Source: Botryllus schlosseri (lineage: Eukaryota). From it: a stretch of 64,000 nt of DNA. Position 1 is the stretch's first letter. Every line of letters begins with the position of its first letter. Position numbers and translations under genes: made by a program. The notes beneath the pieces are model-generated. The model searched no databases, was not told the DNA's origin, and saw only the letters and a program-made list of their open reading frames with translations. The stretch covers positions 558,001-622,000 of the forward strand of contig CM119375.1 in assembly GCA_051294905.1 (NCBI GenBank), read 5' to 3'. Positions 50,101-61,627 of the stretch are shown piece after piece.

Positions 50101-52094
50101 TATTTTAGTTGAATCTGATGTAATGAGAGGATTTCAACCACCATAACCGCGGTGAGTTTGATCTAGCAATGGATGCAAATGAATTTTCTTGGTACACGTT
50201 TGTACGTAACTGTGTTGTTTTATGGTAAAGAATTCAGGAAGTTTCGATATTTACAGTTGGAAAGTAAATTTGCGGTTGAACATGCCACGGGATGGTCTAC
50301 GTCAGTGGTTCCCAAAGTGGGCCCTGGGGTCGCTGGCGGTTGAATGAGCGATTTGGGGCGCTGGCTATAAAATTGGGTGGCGGTGTAGGCTTGGAAGGCA
50401 CTAGCCTACTCCATAGTGTAGAAACGATTGATGAATAAAGCAGCTGAATATGCAATAAAAATGCAAAATCGATTCACTCATGGCAATTTAGGGTCGCCCA
50501 TCTCTATTTAATCAGCTGTACAGGAAAAGCCATAGTTACTTGACAATAATGATCCTGCTCATCAAGGGACTAATTTAGCAGTCGACAGAATCCCTAGAAA
50601 CCGTGTTACATTGCCTAATGTGAGAACTACTTGATCAGTTATTGCTCACTACAAAGTGTGATGGATTTTTGAGAGAGACTGCTTTTAATCTTTGCTTCAA
50701 ACGATTGTAAATTATCCACAGTACTGAGACCGATGCCTTCGGCACGACGTTCAGGCTGCGCGAAGCGATATCCCTTCTAGTCACACTTGACGGGCATATT
50801 CTCCCAAATTTTATCAGTAGAATATTTCTGTTCGTAGTAATAATGAAACCTGATGAAGACGAAAACGGCACTGTTTGGACTCAGTAATAAGCCTGTGATA
50901 TTTCACCCAAATTTTGTTAGACGTGAACTGTTCCAATTATTATTATATATAGCATGAGCTACCGGTCCAGCTCGAATACCTTTTGACAGAGAAGCATAAA
51001 TCAAAATCATATTTGAAAACGGCATGAGGCTATGGTGATTTGTTCCCGGGATATATTCCAATTATAAATTCCTTACCGCATTATCAATCCATTCTCTAGA
51101 GTACGTTGCCCTTCCCCGCTCATATTTGACAGAGCGTGTCTTCAGTACTTGGACAAGGTTTCTGACTCGCAGCAGAAACGGACTTGACAGTACGGGACGT
51201 GGAGACTGGAAATTTCAGAATGAAATACCTTAAGAGGATTGGTCCTCATTTTTTAACAATTTGTTTAAATGTATGTAAAAATTGTACTGATATATAGGAA
51301 GTCAGCACTCAAGTAACGGTCTGGTGGGTCTTTCAGGAAATGAGCGAGAAAGATGACCTTTTTTAGTTAACATCACTAATTTTAAGTAAAAAGTGGGTAA
51401 ATTTGGTGTCGAACGAAAGTAATGAGCATTTTTTTAGTCAACCGACTACAAACTCTAAATAAGTTTACCAATTTTTCCGGATTTTACTCCGACTCCGGTA
51501 TTATAAGTCTGAAAATTTTGAAAGTGTCCTCTTTTCAGAACTCCAAAATACGGTAACACTATCTTATCAAAACTCAAACCCAATATGATGAAGATGATGA
51601 TAATAATATATAATACATCAGCTTGATTCGTCTCGTTATTAGCTGTGATAAATGCAAATCAACATTAATTTTATTTAGGCGTGGTGAGGGGGTCGGGGGC
51701 GCTGACACTTCATTCGTTGTCCAGGGGGCGGTCTACGTCACTGATCCAGGCAACGGGGGTTTGTCAATGTCCCCTTTTTAAAGGAATCAACGAAACAGTT
51801 GACATGGACGCGAGTGTTTCCTGACAATTAATTACCCTCCTTTCATCGCCACGAGTGCTAATCTCATTTGGAGAAAAGTCGGCATTCAAGTTCGTTGTTC
51901 CGTATCATAGAAACTGCCCGGCGCACCTGGGCTTGTGTGGATGATTGAACAAGCCTTGATTGAATCTGCAGACCAGATGTGATGTAAAACCACGAATTAT
52001 GGGCCCTATATAAAGGCTTGATGCGGGGCATGTGATAGTTTGTGATTGAGTCGCGTAGATGACTTGTTATTGGTAAGGCTGAATATTGAATGTC

Positions 52095-52160
52095 TCTAGT
52101 TGCTGACAATGACCGCTGACTAGTGTTGGCCAAAATATTCGGATGTATTTCAATATTATT
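52095..52160 (+). repeat. Degenerate hammerhead-family copy
   Basis: ctagttgctgacaatgaccgctgactagtgttggccaaaatattcggatgtatttcaatat; both core boxes are mutated. Confidence 0.6.
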
Positions 52161-53699
52161 ATAGCTTATCTTGTTTGTGGAGTTTCCATCGTGTTTTTCA
52201 CCATAAAGTTAGTGGATATTTTTGTTGTGTTTCTTTCTAGTATCCAATTTTTCTCTGCATTCAGCATATATATTCTAAAGTAATGCGGAAGACAACTATC
52301 GATTCATGATTGACCTGGACCACGATCACACTACGCAGTATAAGTTTGATGCTGTGTACTAATACTGCGAGATGGTGTGATGATGGTCAGCGTTGACTTA
52401 CTTCAAAGACGAGCCACGAAACGATTTTGCGTGATACCTCGTCATGCCTCTCAGTACAACCTTGACCGCGGCAATACTGTTTGGTATGATGTTGCATTTC
52501 GCAGACTTTCTTCGATTTTGTGTCATCAAGCAAGATCTTAAAATTGTAATCGTTATTTGTTGATTGCTGGATTTTCTGCTGGTTGCCGACAATGACCTGG
52601 AACGATCGCCGATCAGAATTATTCTGGTTTATTCCAATACGGATATCTTATTCGACGGGAATCATTCATGCAAAGCGCCATTTTGCTCTGCAGTATTTGC
52701 TGGCACATCGCTAATACTGCTTTGTAAGGTGAAGCTATGTTCGAGCCTGCGTCCAAGTATTCAGTTTCTTGTTTTGCCACTTGTTCCCTGATTTACCGCA
52801 ATAGTGGATTGCTTATGGTGAGCACATGTGCGCCTGATCACTCGTATGCATGCCACACGGTTGTTGGATTGCGTAACTTCTAACACTGTATGGTATGCGT
52901 CTGCGTGACTTCGGATCAACTTCGTTTTTGGTCACGATGTTTTCACTTCACGGTCAGATCTGGTTCTTTCAAATACAAATGAATGTAAACGCGGCTATTA
53001 TTTGCGTGTGACGTCACACCCGCGTGGAAAAGAGTGCGCAAATCTGGTCTGCTAAGATTGCTACTAGTCGCTCAAGTGCAAAATCATAATCGAGAATATC
53101 GGCCCGCTGCTGCAATGACCAACGTAGTCGAAACTCCATGAATATCGAACAACAAACAGGCAAATCTTGAAGCTACAGTTGTCTGATTCAACCGTGTCGA
53201 AATGAATAACATCGGAGTTTCTGAACAAAGTCCAGCGTAGGCTACTTTAGCCTAGTATCGCACGAGTGCACGGAACTTACATAGCTATTCATCTGTGTGC
53301 GGTATGCGTTTTCTCAGAGTGGATCGTTTGCAGAGTAAATGCTGGCAGTGCTAACGTGTAAAGGGGACAGTTGTTCTGCAATGACGAGCTTTTATCAAGG
53401 GCTAAAAACGTGAACTTTACAAAGCTATACTGACTACTGTCATTATTGATAAGGCTCCAGTCGCGGTAGGAAAGGAAAAGGGGTTGGTTGGTTTTTAATG
53501 CCCAAGAGAAACCCCAGACTTCTCGTATTCTACACGAGAGATGTAGATCTCAAACCGACAATGGCCGTACGCGTACAGTTACCGTAATTTGCTCACTCGT
53601 TGAAGCAGAGTTCCGTGGTCGAAGGTGTATGTATCTACTTGACATTGCTTGCAGCGAACGCTGCATGAGGCTGTAAGCGTGGGAGTTGAGACCCCCCTA

Positions 53700-53970
53700 G
53701 GATACAGTCCATCCTCAAGATTACCGGACCACGACTGACCTATCGATCTCGCTTCCCATGACATGCCGCCCTATTTATTGTCGCTTTCTTTTTCTATACT
53801 ATCTTCTTTACTTTCATTCAGTGTGCATGCCTCCTCTTTACATCGCCTAGGCCAAGGTGGGTGTCAGATTCCATAGACTACTCCTTGTCGCTTCGACATC
53901 TTCCTGTCTTTTCATTGTATCGCATTTTTTGTGGTGTATTGAACTGATAAAATTGCTAATAAACCAATGA
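53700..53970 (+). mobile_element. LINE 3' UTR (near full UTR)
   Basis: Very similar to 45330-45605. Confidence 0.8.
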
Positions 53971-54395
53971 GGATGTGCCGTTTAGTTTAACCGCTGGGAT
54001 GGGGTGTATCTGATTCGCATTACAATGGTCTTATATCCGCCACTTCCGCATTTTACACTCAAGAAGCACCTCATAAATATATGACAAGAACGAACTACGC
54101 AGATACGTTCGGACTGAACGGCACACCGAGTACCGGAAACCACTATACAGACTTCTCCCTCAATGCACAGACCGCGTTTGCATGAAACAATAATAATACC
54201 GTCTCATCCGCTCCGGCCATTGCCGCCTAAAGAACATTTAGTTTAGGGTTGCCATACGTCCGGAATTTCACTGATCTAACTAGGGCCACTGGCGTAGCAG
54301 CATGTGCTGCCGCCCCTGGCTCTCGCTTAAAATGCCGCCCCCCTAAGTAGAACGCAGCTAATATCAATATAGAATCATGTTCAAACAATCATGTC

Positions 54396-56693
54396 CAGTG
54401 GCGGCTCGTGACAATATCGTGTGGTGGGGCAAGGGGTGTACGCGATTTTAATTGTCTAAATGACGTCACAATAGTGTATTGCGACGTGAAAATGTGACTT
54501 CGTGATGGCCACACACAATTTGAATGGGGTATAGACATTAGACATGGTTAACAATGATTACGCATTTCAAATTATTCGAGAGAAAATATGAAGTACAGTA
54601 TAGTTCATACCTGCACATTTTAACGTTTTTATCAGTAGGCCTATTGCGCGCGGCGTGATTTCATAGTTGAAAAATGTTCATCGACGAGTTCATTGAAATC
54701 TGGAATACCCAGAATGAGAACGTAAGAATCGTGAGCACATCTAACGCATCGAGCCTAATCACTGCAGCAAAGTTGATAAAAAGCGATTTTTCAACTATAG
54801 GAATTTTACAAGTTCACTAGTGGTTACTACTACGGAAAAAGATGTATTGGAATATAAACAAGTCAACTCGAGTTGAGCAATGTCGACCATCGGGTAATAT
54901 CGAGGCACCGTTTGCAGTAGCCCGCATGGTTCAGATCACGTTACCCAATTTCGGTCACACTAGAGACGCTGTCCCCTTGTACCAGCAGTGTAAAAGTGTA
55001 TAACAAGGCGTCCTTATCCTCGCTTATACGTCAGCCTTTCATTTTTTTTGTCGAAGTACGTTGGGAAAAGGGTAAGAGTGCGCTTTCCTTCCGTGTACGG
55101 TTAGATCAATGGATAATTTCCAGGCTGATAATGGCCGAGTCTTGCGTAAAAACACCGAATTTAGCGTAAAATATACTGAGGAATAGACTGATCAAGCGAT
55201 CAGCTGTTAGCCATCATCGAAAACGAACTATAGCTAACGCGCTTGACATAGGGATGTCAGCAAATGGCTTGAAGGCCACAATTTCACGGTAAAATTGACA
55301 TTGGAGAATATAAAATAAAGTAAAGATTTGAATGCAAACCGCGAATCTTAGTAACCTCTTGTGCAACTTTGCATTTATTCATAGGTTAAATACCGTAATA
55401 AATGATCAAACTGAAACACAAAAGAACAGTTGCATCGACTAGCCTAATCCCTACTGCTCCAACGACTCACAAGACGTGGGTGCTAATATATACATGCACG
55501 CACGTCGCACAATCACAACAACGAGAAGACGAGATCGCTCATGCGTTTAGGGGAACTACTAGAGAGAGAGATAGTAGTAAGAGATAATCACACATCCCCC
55601 CCAACTCCTAACGAAATCAACGAGCATTGAGTGAGGAGTTCAAAATACAACGTGTAGAGAACGTCCAACCAAATACTCTAATGGCGATTGAAGCGGGAAT
55701 CAACATAAAATTTGTGCCCCAATAACGTAGTCCTTGTGCCATACTGGCGGGGTAACATTTCTGCCTGAGCGCTGGCGTCTAGGGGAACTACTAGAGAGAG
55801 AGATAGTAGTAAGAGATAATCACACACCTCTTTTATGAGATCATCATCTCTTCACCTATCTCAGTATGAAACACAGTTAAAATTAACACAGACCAACAGA
55901 GCGGCTTTTGCGTGAAATCCGCAATGCGGTAATTAGTATTAGGCCATGTGTCAGATCAGCACCCATCTCTACTATACTTGACCTCGATGACGAAATTAGT
56001 GCCCAAATCATTGAGTGTCAACCTCGGGACTTGGCACAACGTTCGATACTGAAATCAAGACATACCGTTCAAAAGCTCAAGACCGATCTAGGTATGGAGC
56101 ATCGTTAAAATCGATAGAGACCAATACCGTTTTGCGTAAAATCTGTTAGTGATAAATGGCGAGTCAGCTCTCACTCGACTTAGGAGACGAAATTACCACC
56201 CACATAGTTCCGTGATAAACTTAAAACTTGGTACGGCGTTCGATACTAACACTATGACTAACTATGCCAAATGTCATGACCGATCTGGGTATGAAACATC
56301 GTCAAAATCAATGGAGACCAATGCCCGCTTTTAAGTAAAATCTGTTCGCGATACATGACGGATTAGCACACTGTCAACGTTGGAAACGAAATTACTACTC
56401 TACACTTTAATTAACAACCCTGAAACTTGGAGCGGTGAAAGCTTGTTATGAGCGCTACCGGGGCAAGCCCCGGCTAGGCATTCACAAAGCGAAAACACAG
56501 AAGAGAATTCGATTTTCGCAGAGACTGCGCTAGCTATGGGCATTTACAAGCGAAAGCACAAGAAGAATGCGTGTTTCGCTGTGATATCGGTATATATTGT
56601 TTGCTGTGCGTCTATAAATGGTAAATGATTGTTATTAAATAGAATTTTAGGTGGGGCAATGCCCCAGTTGCCCTATAGGACGAGCCGCCACTG
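54396..56693. mobile_element. Nested hAT-type element with TIR CAGTGGCGGCTCGT
   Basis: Perfect 8-bp TSD ATCATGTC (54388-54395, 56694-56701). Degenerate repeats of about 200 bp inside (about 55900-56440). Confidence 0.88.
55360..55826 (-). mobile_element. Deleted Gypsy-type LTR retrotransposon
   Basis: 5-bp TSD CCTCT (55355-55359, 55827-55831). On the minus strand: 47-bp 5' LTR stub, integrase-end-like peptide RQRSGRNVTPPVWHKDYV, PPT GGGGGGGA, then a complete 235-bp 3' LTR TG...CA (55594-55360) containing AATAAA. Confidence 0.85.
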
Positions 56694-56923
56694 ATCATGT
56701 CAATAAAAATAATTACAAGTAATATGCCGCGTCTCAGCCTCACGGTCTCAACGTTAATAAGGCCAAAAATATTAAGGACAAGAAATAGCTATTCTAACGG
56801 GTGTATTGTGCAAATAGAAAATCAATAGCCGTCTCAAAACTAAACTTTTCGGGCTTTGCCGATGAAAAATCAGCGATAATATCCTCAAATTCAAGATTTT
56901 GAACGTAGTCTCTTTCTATAGAC

Positions 56924-57839
56924 CAGTGGTTCTCAACCGGGGGTCCGCGGACCCCTGGTTAACCACGAAGCATTTTCAGGGGATCTACGAAGCCTCTGGT
57001 CATTGTAAAGTCATTGGTAACTTAATTTACATTTTTCTAATTAGGAAAAGCATGTGACAGTTTTCGCTTCGCTTCATAATTACTGTAACTTTAGGACTCA
57101 CGTCATTAAAATGGTCGTCTGAGATGAAGTATCCGACTGTGCAAACTCATTTTATTGTCAACTTACCAATGGCATGCCGATGCAAACATATATTGCTGTA
57201 CTTAAATGTTTTGTTAAGGTTTCTGAAAATTGAATGTTGGAGATAGCATTTTGGATTTGCAGTTGTCAATCGCAGCAAATTTGTAAACATTCGTTTGAAA
57301 TAAATGTTCCTGAACTTTTTTCCTGATCTGTCACAACGAAGGAATTGAAACCGCGCCATTTTCTTCTGTGATATAAGTATATAACCACTAAATACCGTCA
57401 AGATGAGATGCTAGATAGAAATGCCTATAAGGCTGCGTGGACATGATATGTTCATTACAAACACACACAAAAACCTATCGTCGGAAGCGTTACGCGTTAA
57501 TATTAGGCTACATTCACCACCAATATATCTTTGTGGAAATGGACTTTCGGCACTCGTTCATATCCAACCAAAGACGAGAATTTTCAAAACAATAAATACA
57601 GGTGGGAAATTCGTTTCGAAATATTAAAAGTCTACCCAATTTCGACATATAGGGTGATGTTATTTTGAATAAAATTCATTTTCTGGCTGTTTATTACTAA
57701 CCTAAAATCAATGTTTGCACAAGACAGTTGGCGGTTGCACGATAATTGAGCTAATTTTGAACGAAAACTTGAGGGGGTCCACGGGGGTCTGTGGCGGTCC
57801 AAAAGTGGTCCTTGAAGACAAAAATGTTGAGAACCACTG
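56924..57839. mobile_element. Nested hAT MITE with TIR CAGTGGTTCTCAAC
   Basis: TIR pair; degenerate TSD ctatagac/ctatcgat. Confidence 0.75.
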
Positions 57840-58081
57840 CTATCGATAGAGCTGATAGCCGATCATCATTCATGGTAGAAGTAAATAAGACTTAATCAGT
57901 TTGAGCGTTGAGAAGCTCCTCGCACAGCCCTCAATTGAAACACCAATGGTCAGATTAAGATCCGGACACGAGTATAAATATGGTGTCGAATGAGGTAGCT
58001 TTGTATTAACTAACCAACCATTGTTAGGAACACGCGGTCTTGACGGCTATTTCGGAATGGTTCCATTGTCATGTTAACATT

Positions 58082-58358
58082 GTTTGTTTGTTTTGGGTGT
58101 ATTCATGGTGTTTGTTGACTACTATGGTCATTTACACCAGACCGGTATTCTTCTTGTTTTCCATAACTGCCGACTTATAGCACGGCTCACCTCTAGGCTT
58201 TTGTATAACACCTCTGTCGCGGATGGGGTGACGAGGAGGAGCCTAGGTAAACCTCCAACACTTAGGTATAGGAATTTTGAAGTCGACCTCGGTCGGACTC
58301 GAACCCGCTGCCATTGGTGTTGCAGCCACGGATTATGCCACTGCGCTATCTCGCAACC
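58082..58358 (-). mobile_element. tRNA-derived SINE
   Basis: A box TAGCGCAGTGG, B box GGTTCGAGTCC, (CAAA)n tail and a 16-bp TSD TTGTCATGTTAACATT (58066-58081, 58359-58374). Confidence 0.85.
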
Positions 58359-59706
58359 TTGTCATGTTAACATTTTAATGCGTGTTTTACGAATTAGCGT
58401 GACACTATAGTTTTGGTGACCAGTTTTATTAAATTTTAGCTCACGGGACGCCAGCTATAGGACTGCCAATTACGCTGCTTTAGCCAGCTGTGTACACTGT
58501 GTTAGCCTCATTTTGCCGCCCCCTTGGAGCCTGCCGCCCCTGGCGTAGAGCCAGAACCGCCAAGTGGCTGCTACGCCACTGACTAGGGCCATTCCCAACC
58601 TGGACAACAAAAGTTGGAACCACCACATTCACAAATCTTCTGAAATTTGGTACATGCATAGATGAGTTAATTTCGAACACAATAAAGTTTATTTGAGTAA
58701 AATTGATCTCCGGGGACAAAAGTTATGTCGTTTTGAAAAATTGACGATTTTCTGCTCATTTTAGCTCTGCAGCCTTCAGGTTTATTAATGTAAAATTCAA
58801 AAAGGTGTAAACAGATGTTGGAGTACAGTTGAGATTTAACACTGGGTTTTCTGAGTAGCTAGTATATTGGTCTATATTCCTATGTGGTATTGAATGCCAT
58901 GCGGTGTAGTGTTAAATGTTAAATTGAGGCGAAACTTGGTCGATGGTCTGAAATCGGTCAAGCGTTACGCAATTTAGAATGCGAATTGAGCAAAACCTTA
59001 TAAGTATATTCAAGCGAGTAGGGTATTATATGAAAGCTGGTAACAAAGAAAAATTTCCATACCTTTTTCATTCTGGTTTTTCGACTGTAAGGTGGGGCAA
59101 TCGCAATCTCAAGAGTACACTGCATTTGTACATGGGTATGCTTCAGTTTGGAATATGGTAAACCTATATTTCCCATACTTTTTTGACTCAACACACCTTG
59201 TTAAGCTCAAGTTATATTCATTACTAACCCTGAAGACTATAGGCCTATGTCAATTTCCAACAACCTATTTGAAACCAAGAGCTGTTCCTTGGGTATATAT
59301 TAATGAGAATAGCTACCCATTGCTACCGCAGTTTACTCGTCAGTTGCTAAATTTCTCAACTTTGACATTCAGAGTTATATTTTTTTAAATAAGGAGCAGA
59401 AACTCTACCGATAGTGCTCTGAGTGTCAAAGTAAGGAAATTTATTGGACTAGTCCGGAGTTCACTGGTAATGGACATTGAACGATTATCGATATGGACAG
59501 TTCAACGTGTGTATTTGGCCTCCAGCTAGTCCGTTACGACTATGCATGTGAATGCGACCAGACTACATAGGTAATCGACATGCAGCGGTGAATAGCAAAA
59601 AGTTTGGCCATTCGTGCTTTGGTTGCTGAAAAGTTTTGTCAGGTATCGTGATCAGCTCATAGTTCAAAATAGAATGAAAGTGATAATCATAATTTTTGTT
59701 GTATTT

Positions 59707-59809
59707 GTATTTCTTCAATAACATATTATTTTGTATTTCTTCAATAACATATTATTTTGTATTTCTTCAATAACATATTATTTTGTATTTCTTCAATAAC
59801 ATATTATTT
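59707..59809. repeat. 26-bp tandem repeat, 4 copies
   Basis: Near-perfect gtatttcttcaataacatattatttt units in the spacer of the foldback element. Confidence 0.9.
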
Positions 59810-60157
59810 CTTCTGTGAACTATGCCCGTCGCACATGTTAGCACAGCCTTGTACTGATGTAGAGTTATCCAAACCTGGTTAATAAACTGCGTTGCAGAGG
59901 CCCAGGCGTTGCCTATTTTATCTCGATATTGAAGCCCGCGGCCTCTAGGAATTTTGAAAAGTGGCCCGCAACCCGTTTCGAGTTGTCGACCCCCTGGGTC
60001 ACCCTTACTCCCGTCGTTAACCCGCACCTATATTGAATTTCCTTGCTTTGATATTCAGAGCACTATCGGTAGATGAGTTTCTGCTGAAAAATAACTCTGA
60101 ATGTCAAAGTTGCGAAATTTAGCAACGGACGGGGCCAGTGGGTAGCTATTCTAATCA

Positions 60158-61073
60158 TCATCATTGGTAATATTAGCAATATTTTATCAGTTCAATACAC
60201 CACAGAAATGCGATACAATGAAAGATAGGAAGGTGTCGAAGCGACTTGGAGTAGTCTATGAGATCGGACACCCGCCACCTTGGCCTAGGCGATGTAAAGA
60301 GGAGGCATGCACACGGAATGAAAAGTAAAGAAGATGGTATAGAAAAAAGCAACCGACAAAAATTGGGTAGCATGTCATGGAAGGCGAGATCGATAGGTCA
60401 GTCGTGGTCCGGTAATCTTGGGGATGGACTAGTATTTATTTAGTAGTAATTGCTTGTATTTCGACTTGAATGTGGAGATGCTCGTCGACTGTCGGATAGC
60501 CGGCGGAATATTGTTCCACACATCAGGCCCGGCATATTTGATGGAGCGATGATCTTTTCGGTGAAGACGTGGACGCGCGTGTGCTGTACTTGTGCGCTTT
60601 TGATTCCGAGGTAAAGAAGTCATTGAAATATTCGGGGCAACGACCGCAGTGGAACTGATACATAAACTTGGCGATTTCTAGTTTCCGCATATCTTGTATG
60701 TTTAGGACATCGAATCTTCTCAGCAGCGTCTCGTTGGATGGACAACCAAGCCCCTGTAGGTCTCTAGCTATGATACAGAGTACCTTATGTTGTAGTTTTT
60801 GCAGTGGCTCGAGTGCAGTTTTATTGGCAGCCCCCCCCCCCACCCCCACCAACAAAGGATGCCATACTGTAACTTCGATTGGATTAGGATTTAAAGAGAA
60901 TCAGAAGAACCCAGGCTGGCATGAAGCGTCCAAGGCTGTAGAACAGGCCGCATTTCGGGACTGAATATGACTCTTCCAGGACATGTCCGAGTCCAATAAA
61001 ACCCCGATATATTTGGCATTATCTGTGTTGGAAAAGGGCTGACCAGCGATGTTAACGGTTAGGTTATTTTTTG
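60158..61073 (-). mobile_element. Same LINE family, 5'-truncated, inserted in the right arm of a foldback element
   Basis: Minus strand gives AKYIGVLLDSDMSWKSHIQS, then LEPLQKLQHKVLCII and SIKYAGPDVWNNIP, then UTR and (GAT)n tail. Absent from the paralogous arm at about 59300; imperfect ttctaat/ttcttat duplication at the ends. Confidence 0.85.
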
Positions 61074-61583
61074 AATTTCTTATTAATATATACGCACGGA
61101 ACAGCTCTTGGTTTCAAATAGGTTGTTGGAAATTGACATATAGTCTTCAGGGGTAGTGATGAATATAAGTTGAGCTTAACAAGGTGTGTTGAGTCAAAAA
61201 AGTATGGGAAACATCGGTTTATCATATTCCAAACTTAAGCATATCCATGTACAAATGCAGTGTACTCTTGAGATGGCGATTTCCCCCCTTGCAGTCAAAA
61301 AACCAAAATTGAAAAGGTATGGAAAATTGTCTTTGTAACAAGCTTTCATATGATACCCTAATCGCTTGAATATACTGATAAGGTTTTGCTCAATTCGCAT
61401 TGTGCGCCTTGGAGTCGACTTTTATCAAAATACACCAGCCAAGGCTGTGTCAACAAAAAGAGTTCGTGTATCATCTAAAAATAGTACATTGAACGCTCTC
61501 GTATTCGACATTTCGTGCTGGTGACGTCATATTTTGTGTTACGATTGTTGATATACGCTGTTCTTTCGAATTCTCTACTAGTT

Positions 61584-61627
61584 GCTGACGATTACCCCTG
61601 ACGAGTGTCAGCCGAAAATATTCGGGT
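61584..61627 (+). ncRNA. Minimal type I hammerhead ribozyme motif, intact core
   Basis: ACCC-CTGACGA-G[TGTCAGC]C-GAAA-ATATT-C-GGGT. Stem I is ACCC/GGGT; core boxes CUGANGA and GAAA; stem III is the palindrome AATATT; cleavage triplet UUC. Upstream GCTGAC can pair with loop-2 GTCAGC. Confidence 0.75.

Larger units (their letters stand above)
54287..58581. mobile_element. hAT-type non-autonomous element, TIR CAGTGGCGTAGCAG, hosting nested insertions
   Basis: Ends cactggcgtagcag / ctgctacgccactg with a perfect 8-bp TSD ACTAGGGC (54279-54286, 58582-58589). Confidence 0.85.

Noticed and set aside
50845-50875. CTGATGAAGACGAAAAC as another hammerhead
   Set aside because: The core-like words are present, but there is no stem II pair, no palindromic stem III with a UH triplet and no stem I.
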